Origin: Candidatus Lokiarchaeum ossiferum
Lineage (GTDB): Archaea; Asgardarchaeota; Lokiarchaeia; Sigyniarchaeales; Promethearchaeaceae
Reading direction: 5' to 3'
DNA: 32,000 bases
Assembly: GCA_025839675.1 (NCBI GenBank)
Contig: CP104013.1
Coordinates: forward strand, 3,150,001 to 3,182,000
Below, in pieces: positions 8,915 through 17,184 of the stretch. The notes under the pieces were generated by a model. That model had not been told where the DNA came from. It did no database searches and saw nothing but the letters and a program-made list of their open reading frames with translations. Position numbers and translations under genes: made by a program. The first letter of the stretch is position 1. The number at the start of each line of letters is the position of its first letter.

Positions 8915-11134
8915 TTACTTTAACTTCAGTTTAATATTGTCAATTAATTTTTCTTTGATAAATCCCTCTTCTCGAATTAATCGAAAATATTGCCCTTCCT
9001 CAAATTTAAACCCAAATTGATCCCCACACTCCATGAAAACTTTGTGGCGCAATACCTTCCCAGGAAAATGTTTCCACTCTTCACCACTGGCAACTATTTC
9101 CTGTATTCGGTCTGAATATTTTGCAAACTGTTTGAGATAATACGGTTTATCTACAGATATATGACATTTTTCGCTGGTTAGTATATTCACAGTATTAAGA
9201 AAATTATCCAGCAATTCATTTTCCGATGTTGTACCACCCTTGATTCCCTCGATTATCGGTTTTATTAACTCTTTTTTTTCATCCTCCGAAAATACCTTTG
9301 GAAACTCCTCGAAAAAGAATTTCAACTTCTTTGTCATCTTCATTGTCTCATCGATAGAAGTTTTGATTAGATTAGACACCTTTTCAAGGGTAATCTCTTC
9401 CTCTGAATCTGGATTGGATCTTTCAATAAGTTCTTTGAGTAGCTCAGGATTGAGGTATAAATTTTCGATTTCCCGCACTGGGAGTAGTACAATTTTATCT
9501 CGGATTTCTTTTGCCTTCTTATTGCGAATTTCCTTATTACCTTCATCATTATCCAAAATAATGAGAAATTTGAAGTTTTTATTGGTAAAATTCTCTATCA
9601 ACTGTGCATTTGCCCAATAATGTAAATCTCGTTTGCCTCCTAACGGTTGTAGTATGATTCTTTGCTCTTCTAAAATTTCCGGAATTGCTTGTTTGAAAAA
9701 CTCTACATCATCCTTTCCTTCCACCAATATCATCCCATTATTCATGAGATAATCTGAAGGTTTGATGCCTAAATCTTCAAAAACTTGTGGTATATTTTCT
9801 GCTTTTTCATTATATACATGAGTTATTTTATCACTTCGTTTTACCCTATGAATGCTCCATCCCTTTTTCATACTATCCAAGAAATATGGTGAATGAGTAG
9901 TAATTAAAACTTGAAATCGGCTCAAATTTTCCTCGATTATTGATAGGAGTATTTTTTGCAAATCAGGATGTATAAAAAGTTCCGGTTCTTCAATTAACAG
10001 CAATCCATTTTCTTTTGTTTCTAATATTGCAACTAAAATTGTTACCAATTGCTGAATCCCCTTCCCCAATTTGTCAAAAGTAAGTTTGTACTCTAAATCT
10101 TCTTCTAATACATAAGGAATTGTCAAGGGATATTTCTCAATAGGAATGTTTGTTTCTGGGTAATAATCAATATTATAAAGAGAATAATCTGGTTGATGTA
10201 AAAAATTTTGATTGATCTCTTTAATATTAGGATACAATTTGCTCAGATAGTGGTTGAGTTTTTCTAATTTTTCTTTCTCATTTGTGTTATAGCTAAGAAT
10301 TTTTAGTGGGACATTTTCTCCATCATATTCAAAATGAAAAGGCTTTGTAGAAGCCTCCACCTTATAGAATGGTAGGAATGAACGATCTTCAACTACCATA
10401 TTCATCTTGGAATAGAAATCTATAATCGGTGATAAGAAAAAGTGCAATAAAGGATTGCTATGAACTCGTTTATCAAAAATGGATCTATTATTCAGAAGTT
10501 GATTGCCAGGATTCGGAAATCCAGTATTGAAAATCGAATTTGGAAAAAAATGCCATTCAAATGAATTACTATTAGCAATGAGTTTTTTCCTTGGTTTGCT
10601 AAGTTCCATGTTTCTAATAGAATATTCATGTCCTACTGAAGTCCTATCCACAAAATTATAGGAAATCAGTCCATTTTTGAAAGTAACTCTTCTAATAAAA
10701 ATTTCATAACTTGACCCAGGAGCTACTTCAAATTCATATACAATATTTTCAAATGCCTCCTCTAATAATATCGATTCCTCAGGGTTGAATCGATTATCTT
10801 TGAAAAATTTAAATAATTTTGGGTTTTTCAAGTAGTCTTTTGAATGTTCCCTAAATAGCCTTGATGCTTGATCACGAAAATATTCCAAAATCTTTGATCT
10901 ATCAAATTTGAATTCTAAATTTATCTTTACCGGATGCTTCTGGGAATTGAACTTAATCAATTTTTTATCTAAAAGCTTCCCCGACCTTATACTCTTTAAA
11001 ATTTTAAATAAATTGCTTTTCCCTGAATTATTAGGTCCAATTATAACGCCTAAATCCCCAATATTCTCGAATACTTGGTGATCGAAACTTAGCAGATTGA
11101 ATATTTCTATTCGATGCAACCGCGAAATTGTCAT
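8915..11134 (-). CDS. OLD-family / PARIS-like fused ABC-type ATPase plus Toprim (DUF4435-like) nuclease
   Basis: 739-aa ORF. Motifs: Walker A GPNNSGKSN; signature-like LGKGIQQL; Walker B LLLIEEPELFIHP; H-loop ITTHSP. The C-terminal Toprim has MILVEGKDDVEFF (catalytic Glu), ILDNDEG (DxD) and REIENLYLNP. Confidence 0.8.
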   Translation of the reverse strand: MTISRLHRIEIFNLLSFDHQVFENIGDLGVIIGPNNSGKSNLFKILKSIRSGKLLDKKLIKFNSQKHPVKINLEFKFDRSKILEYFRDQASRLFREHSKDYLKNPKLFKFFKDNRFNPEESILLEEAFENIVYEFEVAPGSSYEIFIRRVTFKNGLISYNFVDRTSVGHEYSIRNMELSKPRKKLIANSNSFEWHFFPNSIFNTGFPNPGNQLLNNRSIFDKRVHSNPLLHFFLSPIIDFYSKMNMVVEDRSFLPFYKVEASTKPFHFEYDGENVPLKILSYNTNEKEKLEKLNHYLSKLYPNIKEINQNFLHQPDYSLYNIDYYPETNIPIEKYPLTIPYVLEEDLEYKLTFDKLGKGIQQLVTILVAILETKENGLLLIEEPELFIHPDLQKILLSIIEENLSRFQVLITTHSPYFLDSMKKGWSIHRVKRSDKITHVYNEKAENIPQVFEDLGIKPSDYLMNNGMILVEGKDDVEFFKQAIPEILEEQRIILQPLGGKRDLHYWANAQLIENFTNKNFKFLIILDNDEGNKEIRNKKAKEIRDKIVLLPVREIENLYLNPELLKELIERSNPDSEEEITLEKVSNLIKTSIDETMKMTKKLKFFFEEFPKVFSEDEKKELIKPIIEGIKGGTTSENELLDNFLNTVNILTSEKCHISVDKPYYLKQFAKYSDRIQEIVASGEEWKHFPGKVLRHKVFMECGDQFGFKFEEGQYFRLIREEGFIKEKLIDNIKLKLK

Positions 11135-11234
11135 ATATTATTAGTTTTGGACAAAGGTGTAGTTAAATTTTTAGATTAAAACTCAATTTCCTTTAAACTT
11201 TGATAAGGAAAAAAAAAACACGTATATAATTAAA

Positions 11235-11540
11235 TCAATATCCATATTTTTGCATGATATCAGTAATATCTCTTCCATAGTATTTCACGTAGGCCACAAT
11301 TCGCCCATAGGTATCAATCGCCACTTGTTTAATGGTAACCAAAGATCCTACAGGTATTAAAGAGGATAATATTCTTTTTGCTTTGAAATAACCAGATTCT
11401 CCCTTTTCAGGTGTGTTAATATTAGCAATTCGAACATATTTATTACCCGTTATAATGAAAGTATCTCCATCTACAATCGCAGCTACTTTTTTTCGATATA
11501 TATTTGATGTTGGGTATTTCTTCGAAATTGAAGATGTCAT
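11235..11540 (-). CDS. Staphylococcal-nuclease-like (SNase/thermonuclease fold) protein, short form
   Basis: 101 aa. VAAIVDGDTFII...YVRIANINTPEKGE...AIDTYGRIVAYV matches the SNase pattern (V-DGDT, R-x-x-x-I-x-x-PE, D-x-YGR). The start ATG (11540-11538) overlaps the stop TGA (11539-11537) of the upstream gene as ATGA. Confidence 0.7.
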   Translation of the reverse strand: MTSSISKKYPTSNIYRKKVAAIVDGDTFIITGNKYVRIANINTPEKGESGYFKAKRILSSLIPVGSLVTIKQVAIDTYGRIVAYVKYYGRDITDIMQKYGY

Positions 11541-12169
11541 ATTTTATCACCTCCATCCAAACTCCTAAGATATGTTTTAAATTGATTTTCTGAAAGCGCA
11601 AAGCAGTTATTAGAATTGTGATACTTGTTAATATCTAGCAACCGCTCGTCAGTATAAAAGGAACCACTGCAAATGGCATAAAACTGCCCAGATTCATTTG
11701 ATTCCGAATTTTCAAACAAGCGAACAATATTTTGCATCCTACTTGATTGAGAACCTCCACTCCCATCTGAATGAAATCGAACAAAATAGGACCTCTTTCC
11801 TTTAATTTTACATGAAAGATGAATTGAACTTGATTTTACATTCAATCGCTTTTTTGTGATCTTTCCGTCTGTAATGTAGAGTCTTGGAGTTCTCCAATGA
11901 GTGATCAAATTTGAAATAAAAGTCTGGTTGGTCAGATATTTCGTAAATTCCCTCAGATAAGTATTTCCTCGCTTCAAATTTAGGTCCTTACTTACGCATA
12001 TTGCAGCGAATAATTTATCTTCAAGAAATTTCTGTTCTATATCCTTAATTGGAATTCCCGTACGGTCATGTAACCGGATAAGCTGTTTTACCTTATGGCC
12101 CTTCATAATTCTCTTCCGAATTATGGAGATTTGCGTGGTGACGTCCTTTCTAATCTGAAATTGGTACAT
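11537..12169 (-). CDS. Hypothetical protein, 210 aa, translationally coupled to the SNase-like gene
   Basis: Long ORF with non-repetitive composition and a 4-nt ATGA overlap with the downstream gene. No family was recognised. A D-x(n)-S-x-K arrangement (ITDGK...HLSCKIK) and the HSDGSGGSQSSR motif could suggest a restriction-endonuclease-like fold, but that is a guess. Confidence 0.55.
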   Translation of the reverse strand: MYQFQIRKDVTTQISIIRKRIMKGHKVKQLIRLHDRTGIPIKDIEQKFLEDKLFAAICVSKDLNLKRGNTYLREFTKYLTNQTFISNLITHWRTPRLYITDGKITKKRLNVKSSSIHLSCKIKGKRSYFVRFHSDGSGGSQSSRMQNIVRLFENSESNESGQFYAICSGSFYTDERLLDINKYHNSNNCFALSENQFKTYLRSLDGGDKI

Positions 12170-12462
12170 TAATTAATTACTTCCTTTACTGAGTGGTGGT
12201 TTGTGTGTGACAGAATCAATCCTTCGAGTAAGCTATTTGATCAATCTACGTTGACTTACGCGCGCGATCGTTACCCGTTACAATAACGAAGGTCACACGC
12301 GTATTTAAATCAAGGTATTTATAGAGAAGTACCCTTCCTCAACCGACAAAAATTCAAAAATTTCACTGTTGGATAGAAAAACACGCAAGAATTCCAATAT
12401 TTCATAATGTGAATATTTTTAATATTTCACTCGTACTGTTAATATTGTTAGTGAAAAAAAAA

Positions 12463-13281
12463 ATGAATTCCTTAGATTTAGTTGAAGAACGAAATATTTT
12501 AGTCGTTCCAATCGGTTTAGAAAATGAGCGGGTTGTTAAAAGCTGCCAAATTTACCCTGTGAACGTCATTTATCTCTTGAAGAGTAACTTTGAATCTAAT
12601 TCTGATCATAAGGAAAAAAACTCATCCCAATGGGGAATAGAACAATACTCAAAAACAATTGCATCTGAAGTCATTAAGAAATTTGAAAATACTTTTTTTG
12701 AAATTCAACCAAAAAATTGCCATCTCGGCTCCCTCCCGAGCACAATTTCTATTTTAAATGACATCTATGAAATTGAACAGAAAAAGGGAAAATTGAACAA
12801 AATTTACATCAATATCTCCACCGCATCCAAATTATTCGCAATTGGGGCCTATATTTTTGCCTCTCAATTCCCCGATATATGCAAACTTTTCTATTTGGCC
12901 ACAAATAATTATCTTCTCTTGGAACACTTGAAATCGGAAAAAGGGGATTTAGAAAAATTAAAAACGGAATTTAGAAAATTTGGTCTAACAAAAGGACCTT
13001 TCAAAGTTGTGAACATCCCAATTCTGAAATCGGACCCTTTTTCAACCGATGAAAAACGATTGATCAATTATTTAGCCCAATTTGACCACATCAATTCGAT
13101 AAAAGAAATATTGGAAAATCTCAAAAAGGATACCAACGCTAAAGAAAGAATGAATCTTCGCAGATCCCTTGAAAAACTCGAGAAAAACAATTTGCTGATA
13201 CTAAAAAAAAGTGGAAAATCGGTTCAGGTTCTTATATCTGATGAATTGAAACAGCTCGCTGGCTCCTTTATACTGGAGTAG
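12463..13281 (+). CDS. Putative Csa3/DUF6293-like (HFX_2341-type) regulator: Rossmann-like N-domain plus C-terminal winged HTH
   Basis: The N-terminus ILVVPIGLENERVV resembles the V-x-P-x-G-x-x-x-x-R start of Csa3/DUF6293 proteins. Also seen are IYINISTASKLFAIGAYIFAS and LFYLATNNY. The C-terminal part (DEKRLINYLAQ...RRSLEKLEKNNLLILKKSGKSVQV) looks wHTH. I prefer the ATG at 12463 over the GTG at 12409. Confidence 0.45.
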   Translation: MNSLDLVEERNILVVPIGLENERVVKSCQIYPVNVIYLLKSNFESNSDHKEKNSSQWGIEQYSKTIASEVIKKFENTFFEIQPKNCHLGSLPSTISILNDIYEIEQKKGKLNKIYINISTASKLFAIGAYIFASQFPDICKLFYLATNNYLLLEHLKSEKGDLEKLKTEFRKFGLTKGPFKVVNIPILKSDPFSTDEKRLINYLAQFDHINSIKEILENLKKDTNAKERMNLRRSLEKLEKNNLLILKKSGKSVQVLISDELKQLAGSFILE

Positions 13282-13320
13282 CTTATATTCCGCTGTAATT
13301 CTTATACGATTCATTCAATT

Positions 13321-14361
13321 TTAAAATAATATCGCAATCACAATCGCCAAAATGGACAGGACCAACTCAATGCGCCATTTCGAAGTTTCTTTCCTATATT
13401 TCCGTTTCTCCATTGCATTTTCAATTCCATCAATGAAATTCTTCAACTCTTCTACCACTTGATCTGGTTCTTGGTTCTGTTTCGAATTGAAATGATATAT
13501 ATACCATGTTTTAACCTTCCCAAAAATCGCTTTCCATTCGTGTAGCTTTTCCAGTGAAAATATTTCATCATGTAAATCAATCGATATTTCATTCAGCTCT
13601 TCCTTATCAAACCCGGTCCCATAATATAACTCAATCCATTTTCCATTATTTTGCTTGATTGTTTCAACTATCTCTTCGGAAGGTATCTTTTGTGTAAAAA
13701 TTTGTCGATATTCTTCAACAAGATCATTTTCTTTTTCATAAACCCTTAATAAGATAAGATTCTTCGCATTCTCCAAGTTATTAAAGCAAAAAGTGAAATA
13801 ATTCCTAAAAACTGCACAGATATTCACTAGTACGAATACTATAAGACTTATATAAACAAATAGTAGATAATGGTCTTGAGTTTTGATTACAGCATAGTAT
13901 CCAAAGGCTATAGTGCCTATACTGATAAAAATACTGAAAAGCGTTGAAAAAAAGAGAATATTATGATTCTTATCCTTCCTTAAAAAACTGGTTGAATATT
14001 TCAAAATCTGTATTTCCCTTTCTATTGTTTGTTTTGTATCCTTCGTATTCTTCTTGTCGAAATAATCTAAAAAATCTGAGAGAAATTCATAATTTTTTTC
14101 AGTATCCTCGACATTATATGGTAGTTCTTTCTTTGAAATCCAATAAGAAATTAAAATCCTAAGAAAAATTATAATGACGAATGTCCAAATTATTAATCCT
14201 TGCTCGTTTTCATCGAAAGATCCTAATATTAAGATCATGCAAAAAATAATTCCATTAATTATTCTGGTTCCTGGAATTTCTGACTTAAATGTGGAGACTT
14301 TTTCTTCATATTCCCCGAGAATTTTCAAAATATCATTTTTATTTATCTTTTTTTGATTCAT
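13321..14361 (-). CDS. Hypothetical multi-pass membrane protein (346 aa)
   Basis: Hydrophobic helices: IINGIIFCMILILGSF, LIIWTFVIIIFLRILISYWI, ILFFSTLFSIFISIGTIAFGYYAVI, LLFVYISLIVFVLVNICAVF, and a C-terminal ELVLSILAIVIAILF. A ~130-aa charged soluble segment lies between TM4 and the last TM. No family was recognised. Confidence 0.6.
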   Translation of the reverse strand: MNQKKINKNDILKILGEYEEKVSTFKSEIPGTRIINGIIFCMILILGSFDENEQGLIIWTFVIIIFLRILISYWISKKELPYNVEDTEKNYEFLSDFLDYFDKKNTKDTKQTIEREIQILKYSTSFLRKDKNHNILFFSTLFSIFISIGTIAFGYYAVIKTQDHYLLFVYISLIVFVLVNICAVFRNYFTFCFNNLENAKNLILLRVYEKENDLVEEYRQIFTQKIPSEEIVETIKQNNGKWIELYYGTGFDKEELNEISIDLHDEIFSLEKLHEWKAIFGKVKTWYIYHFNSKQNQEPDQVVEELKNFIDGIENAMEKRKYRKETSKWRIELVLSILAIVIAILF

Positions 14362-14857
14362 CTTATTAAATTAATTGGATTATTATGGATTTTAAGCCAT
14401 TTATTAGGACTTTAATACATTCCATCATTTCTCGATTTATATATGGATAATCAAATTTTTTGAAATCCATTAGAACCGAATGTGTGAGATTTTTTTTATT
14501 TTAAATGATTAAAATAGTTCTAATCAGTAATTTTAGAAAAAAGTCATGGAAACGACCAATTGACAATCAATCGCAAAGTAAATCAATCATGAATTTTAAG
14601 AAGAGGCTAAAAGCGCAAATGGAAGACTAATAGACTTATAATTAAATGATAACCAATTTTTTTTTTTATTTTCGATTATTAAATGATTCTACTTATTTTT
14701 TTTAATCAAGATGGAAAGCATGTGGGTGCACAATTTTTTAATCCAAATTTTTTTTTACAAATCTATAATTTTCATTAGTAAAATTGTGTCTATTAGTTTG
14801 ATTTGAAACATAGGACTGATTGATTTAAAATTTGATTCAAATACTTGGGTTTTTGAT

Positions 14858-15541
14858 ATGAAAAAAAAAATATTTGCATATTATCGGATTTCAACTGAGA
14901 AACAAAAAAAAAAGAATACTCAGGAAAATCAGAAAATTGCAATTTATAATTTTGTTGAAGGTTTAGACGTTGAAATTGTGAATGAATTTGAAGATTTGGG
15001 TATTTCAGGGGCAGATAATGACCGCCCACAATTCAATCTAATGCTTTCTAAATTGAATGAAGTAGAAGGATTAGTAATCTATGATTTAGACCGATTAACG
15101 AGAGATTTTGAAATGGGAGTAAACTTAATGTTTATGTTGAAAAATTCAAAAAAATCTTTGTATATTGCTCGAACCAAAGATATCAAAGATTTTTCAGATG
15201 ATTCCGAGCAATTAATGACCATTATCAAATCATGGGTTTCTGCACTTGAACGAAAGAAAATTAAAGAAAGACAAAAAATAGGAATTCAACGATATAAAGA
15301 AACAAAAGGTCGTTGGGGTAGAAAGAAATCCTTTGGAAAATATAAAAATCCAGAACAATTTTGGAAAAACTATGATATCTATAGAGATTTGGGTATTTCC
15401 AAGACATCCTGTGCAAAATTATTAGGTGTCTCTCGTTCAACGATGAATAGACGGATAGAAGAACGTGAAATAAATAAGTCGAAAATCAAAACTACCCCAA
15501 TTAATAACAAAATCAAAGAATGGAGCGAACCAAAACTTTAA
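14858..15541 (+). CDS. Small serine recombinase (resolvase/invertase type) with C-terminal HTH
   Basis: The N-terminus IFAYYRISTEKQ carries the Y-x-R-x-S-T-x-x-Q catalytic-Ser motif. Also present are VIYDLDRLTRD and a C-terminal HTH GISKTSCAKLLGVSRSTMNRRI. At 227 aa it is of resolvase/invertase size, not that of a large serine integrase. Confidence 0.85.
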   Translation: MKKKIFAYYRISTEKQKKKNTQENQKIAIYNFVEGLDVEIVNEFEDLGISGADNDRPQFNLMLSKLNEVEGLVIYDLDRLTRDFEMGVNLMFMLKNSKKSLYIARTKDIKDFSDDSEQLMTIIKSWVSALERKKIKERQKIGIQRYKETKGRWGRKKSFGKYKNPEQFWKNYDIYRDLGISKTSCAKLLGVSRSTMNRRIEEREINKSKIKTTPINNKIKEWSEPKL

Positions 15542-15688
15542 AGGAAGTTTTTTTTATAAATTACTCTAATAATCGCTATATCGAAGAATCGAAGAAAAAT
15601 TGAAATGTTAACGGTAAATTGAGCTTCCAGAGTGGCTTTTTCTAATTTCTGTCGGCTAATTTTTAAAGTAAAAGGATGAATAACACCT

Positions 15689-15731
15689 AAGCCCACCGGC
15701 CAAGGTGTTATAGAAGAAAGCCCACCGGCCA
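15689..15731. repeat. Two perfect 14-nt GC-rich direct repeats (aagcccaccggcca), 29 nt apart
   Basis: Copies lie at 15689-15702 and 15718-15731. The first sits in the loop of an aacacc/ggtgtt hairpin (15682-15709). The pair is ~150 nt downstream of the serine recombinase stop, in otherwise AT-rich spacer. Confidence 0.6.
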
Positions 15732-15808
15732 TCTCCATGTTATTAATCTTCAAGAAAGTATTTAAAGATCACCATACATGTTTTTTATAGGTTTATTTAA
15801 AATCAAAA

Positions 15809-16597
15809 ATGATTAGAATGATTATTGCATATCTTGACGAAACTGGAGATCCTGTCTATCGAAGGGGTGGCCCTAAATGGTTTGGTATAACTGCCGCAAT
15901 CTTTCATGATTCAAAATTACTTGATGGAATAAATGTGATGAAGTCATTCAATCAAAGTAAATCCGAAGAATATGACTGTGATTTTGAAATACATGCAAGG
16001 GAATTTTCCAGCTCGAAAAAAGAACCTTATAATGCAATGAAAGTTGAAGAAAAAATAGAATTATTTACAGAATGCTTACATACTGTCAAAAATACTGGTG
16101 CTTCAATTTGCGGTGTGTTTGTTGATAAAGTTAAGCATAGTTATTGGCATGGTAAATATGATTTTTTAAAAAATGTAGTTATGAACCTATTTGAAAGGAT
16201 AGGTAGATATCAGATTGCAAATTATCCTAATGAAGCCATTCTGATATTATATGACCAACCTTCTGCCCATTTAAGACCAATTATTAAACAATATTTCAAA
16301 GAAAGATTAGAAGTCGGTTCAAGATATGTCAAACCTGCGTTTTTCTTGAAAGAAATCTTATATGTTGAATCTAAATTTCATCAACCTATTCAAATAGCAG
16401 ATTTAACAGGATATATTGTAAGAAGATTGATAGAAAAACGTATAGATGGTACATTTTCCAGTTTTCTAAAGTATGTTGATGACTTGTATAAAATAATTCG
16501 ACCAATGTTAGATTTCAATCCAACAACAAAAGAAATATATGGGGCAGGAATTAAAATTATTGAAAGTAATGACAGGAAATATTATGGACGTTTCTGA
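15809..16597 (+). CDS. DUF3800-family protein
   Basis: 262 aa. The N-terminus IIAYLDETGD matches the DUF3800 (Y/I)-x-DE-(S/T)-G motif. Also seen are the mid FEIHAREF and the C-terminal ESKFHQPIQIADLTGYIV (the Q-x-AD-x motif typical of the family). Confidence 0.6.
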   Translation: MIRMIIAYLDETGDPVYRRGGPKWFGITAAIFHDSKLLDGINVMKSFNQSKSEEYDCDFEIHAREFSSSKKEPYNAMKVEEKIELFTECLHTVKNTGASICGVFVDKVKHSYWHGKYDFLKNVVMNLFERIGRYQIANYPNEAILILYDQPSAHLRPIIKQYFKERLEVGSRYVKPAFFLKEILYVESKFHQPIQIADLTGYIVRRLIEKRIDGTFSSFLKYVDDLYKIIRPMLDFNPTTKEIYGAGIKIIESNDRKYYGRF

Positions 16598-16633
16598 ACA
16601 GAGTGTTTGCTTAACCAAATATGAAAATACCTT

Positions 16634-16990
16634 TTATGGATCCAAAAATTTTCTTTTTCGGTTATTTGCCGTTATTTTCTTATAATTCTCAGTAGTTTCT
16701 CTTACGTTATCTATTCCAGTATCAATTAAGATTTGTTCAAATTTGCTACTTAAATTTTTGAATTTTATTGCATTATCAGCATAAGAATCAATATATTCAT
16801 CAGGTTTTTTTTCAGGTTCTTTATTAAGGAATTTTAATAAGGAATATGATTTTGCCCCATGTTCAGCAGACAATTGGGCTTTGTGGTCGAGTTCTTCATA
16901 TTTATCATAAGTAGCCGCAAAAATTGCATATAATTCAATTAAATCTAAAGGAATATTTAAAATTGGCATTTCATCTTCTTCAAAAGACAT
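16634..16990 (-). CDS. Hypothetical protein (118 aa, acidic/helical)
   Basis: It is the only long ORF in this interval and has non-repetitive composition. No family was recognised. Confidence 0.4.
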   Translation of the reverse strand: MSFEEDEMPILNIPLDLIELYAIFAATYDKYEELDHKAQLSAEHGAKSYSLLKFLNKEPEKKPDEYIDSYADNAIKFKNLSSKFEQILIDTGIDNVRETTENYKKITANNRKRKFLDP

Positions 16991-17035
16991 AATTGCATTA
17001 AAAAAATAACGGATAAAAAGTTTAGTTCTTTTTTT

Positions 17036-17128
17036 CGGTTCCGATTATCTGGTATACGGTTCCGAACCCTTTAGAAATAGTTAATTTGTCATCCTTCTTC
17101 AGAAAATATCTACTAATGTCGGTTCCGA
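17036..17128. repeat. Three copies of CGGTTCCGA (contains the palindrome GGTTC-C-GAACC), iteron-like
   Basis: Copies lie at 17036-17044, 17057-17065 and 17120-17128, so the starts are spaced 21 and 63 nt apart. A degenerate gggaccga follows at 17148. Confidence 0.7.
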
Positions 17129-17157
17129 ATTGATTTTGCTAATAAATGGGACCGAAA

Positions 17158-17184
17158 TTAGCGAGATTAGCGAGATTAGCGAGT
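17158..17184. repeat. Perfect 3x tandem 9-nt repeat (attagcgag)
   Basis: attagcgag attagcgag attagcgag is read directly at 17158-17184. It is followed by the hairpin ggtgat-ttc-atcacc (17199-17213) and the palindrome cacgtg (17215-17220). Confidence 0.9.

Noticed and set aside
9240-9620. 126-aa plus-strand ORF and 60-aa minus-strand ORF inside the OLD-like gene.
   Set aside because: These are antisense or alternative frames of a CDS with clear ATPase/Toprim motifs. Their Ser/Phe/Ile-rich low-complexity sequence is not convincing.
15538-15753. 71-aa minus-strand ORF downstream of the serine recombinase.
   Set aside because: It exists mainly because of the GC-rich direct-repeat/hairpin patch. 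There is no plausible start context and the composition is odd, so I treat the underlying repeats as the real signal.
17158-17184. Whether the tandem repeats here, or at 26397-26492, could be a CRISPR array.
   Set aside because: The units are 9 nt and 24 nt and directly abut without spacers. The 24-nt repeat is in-frame coding sequence. No cas genes are present in the window.
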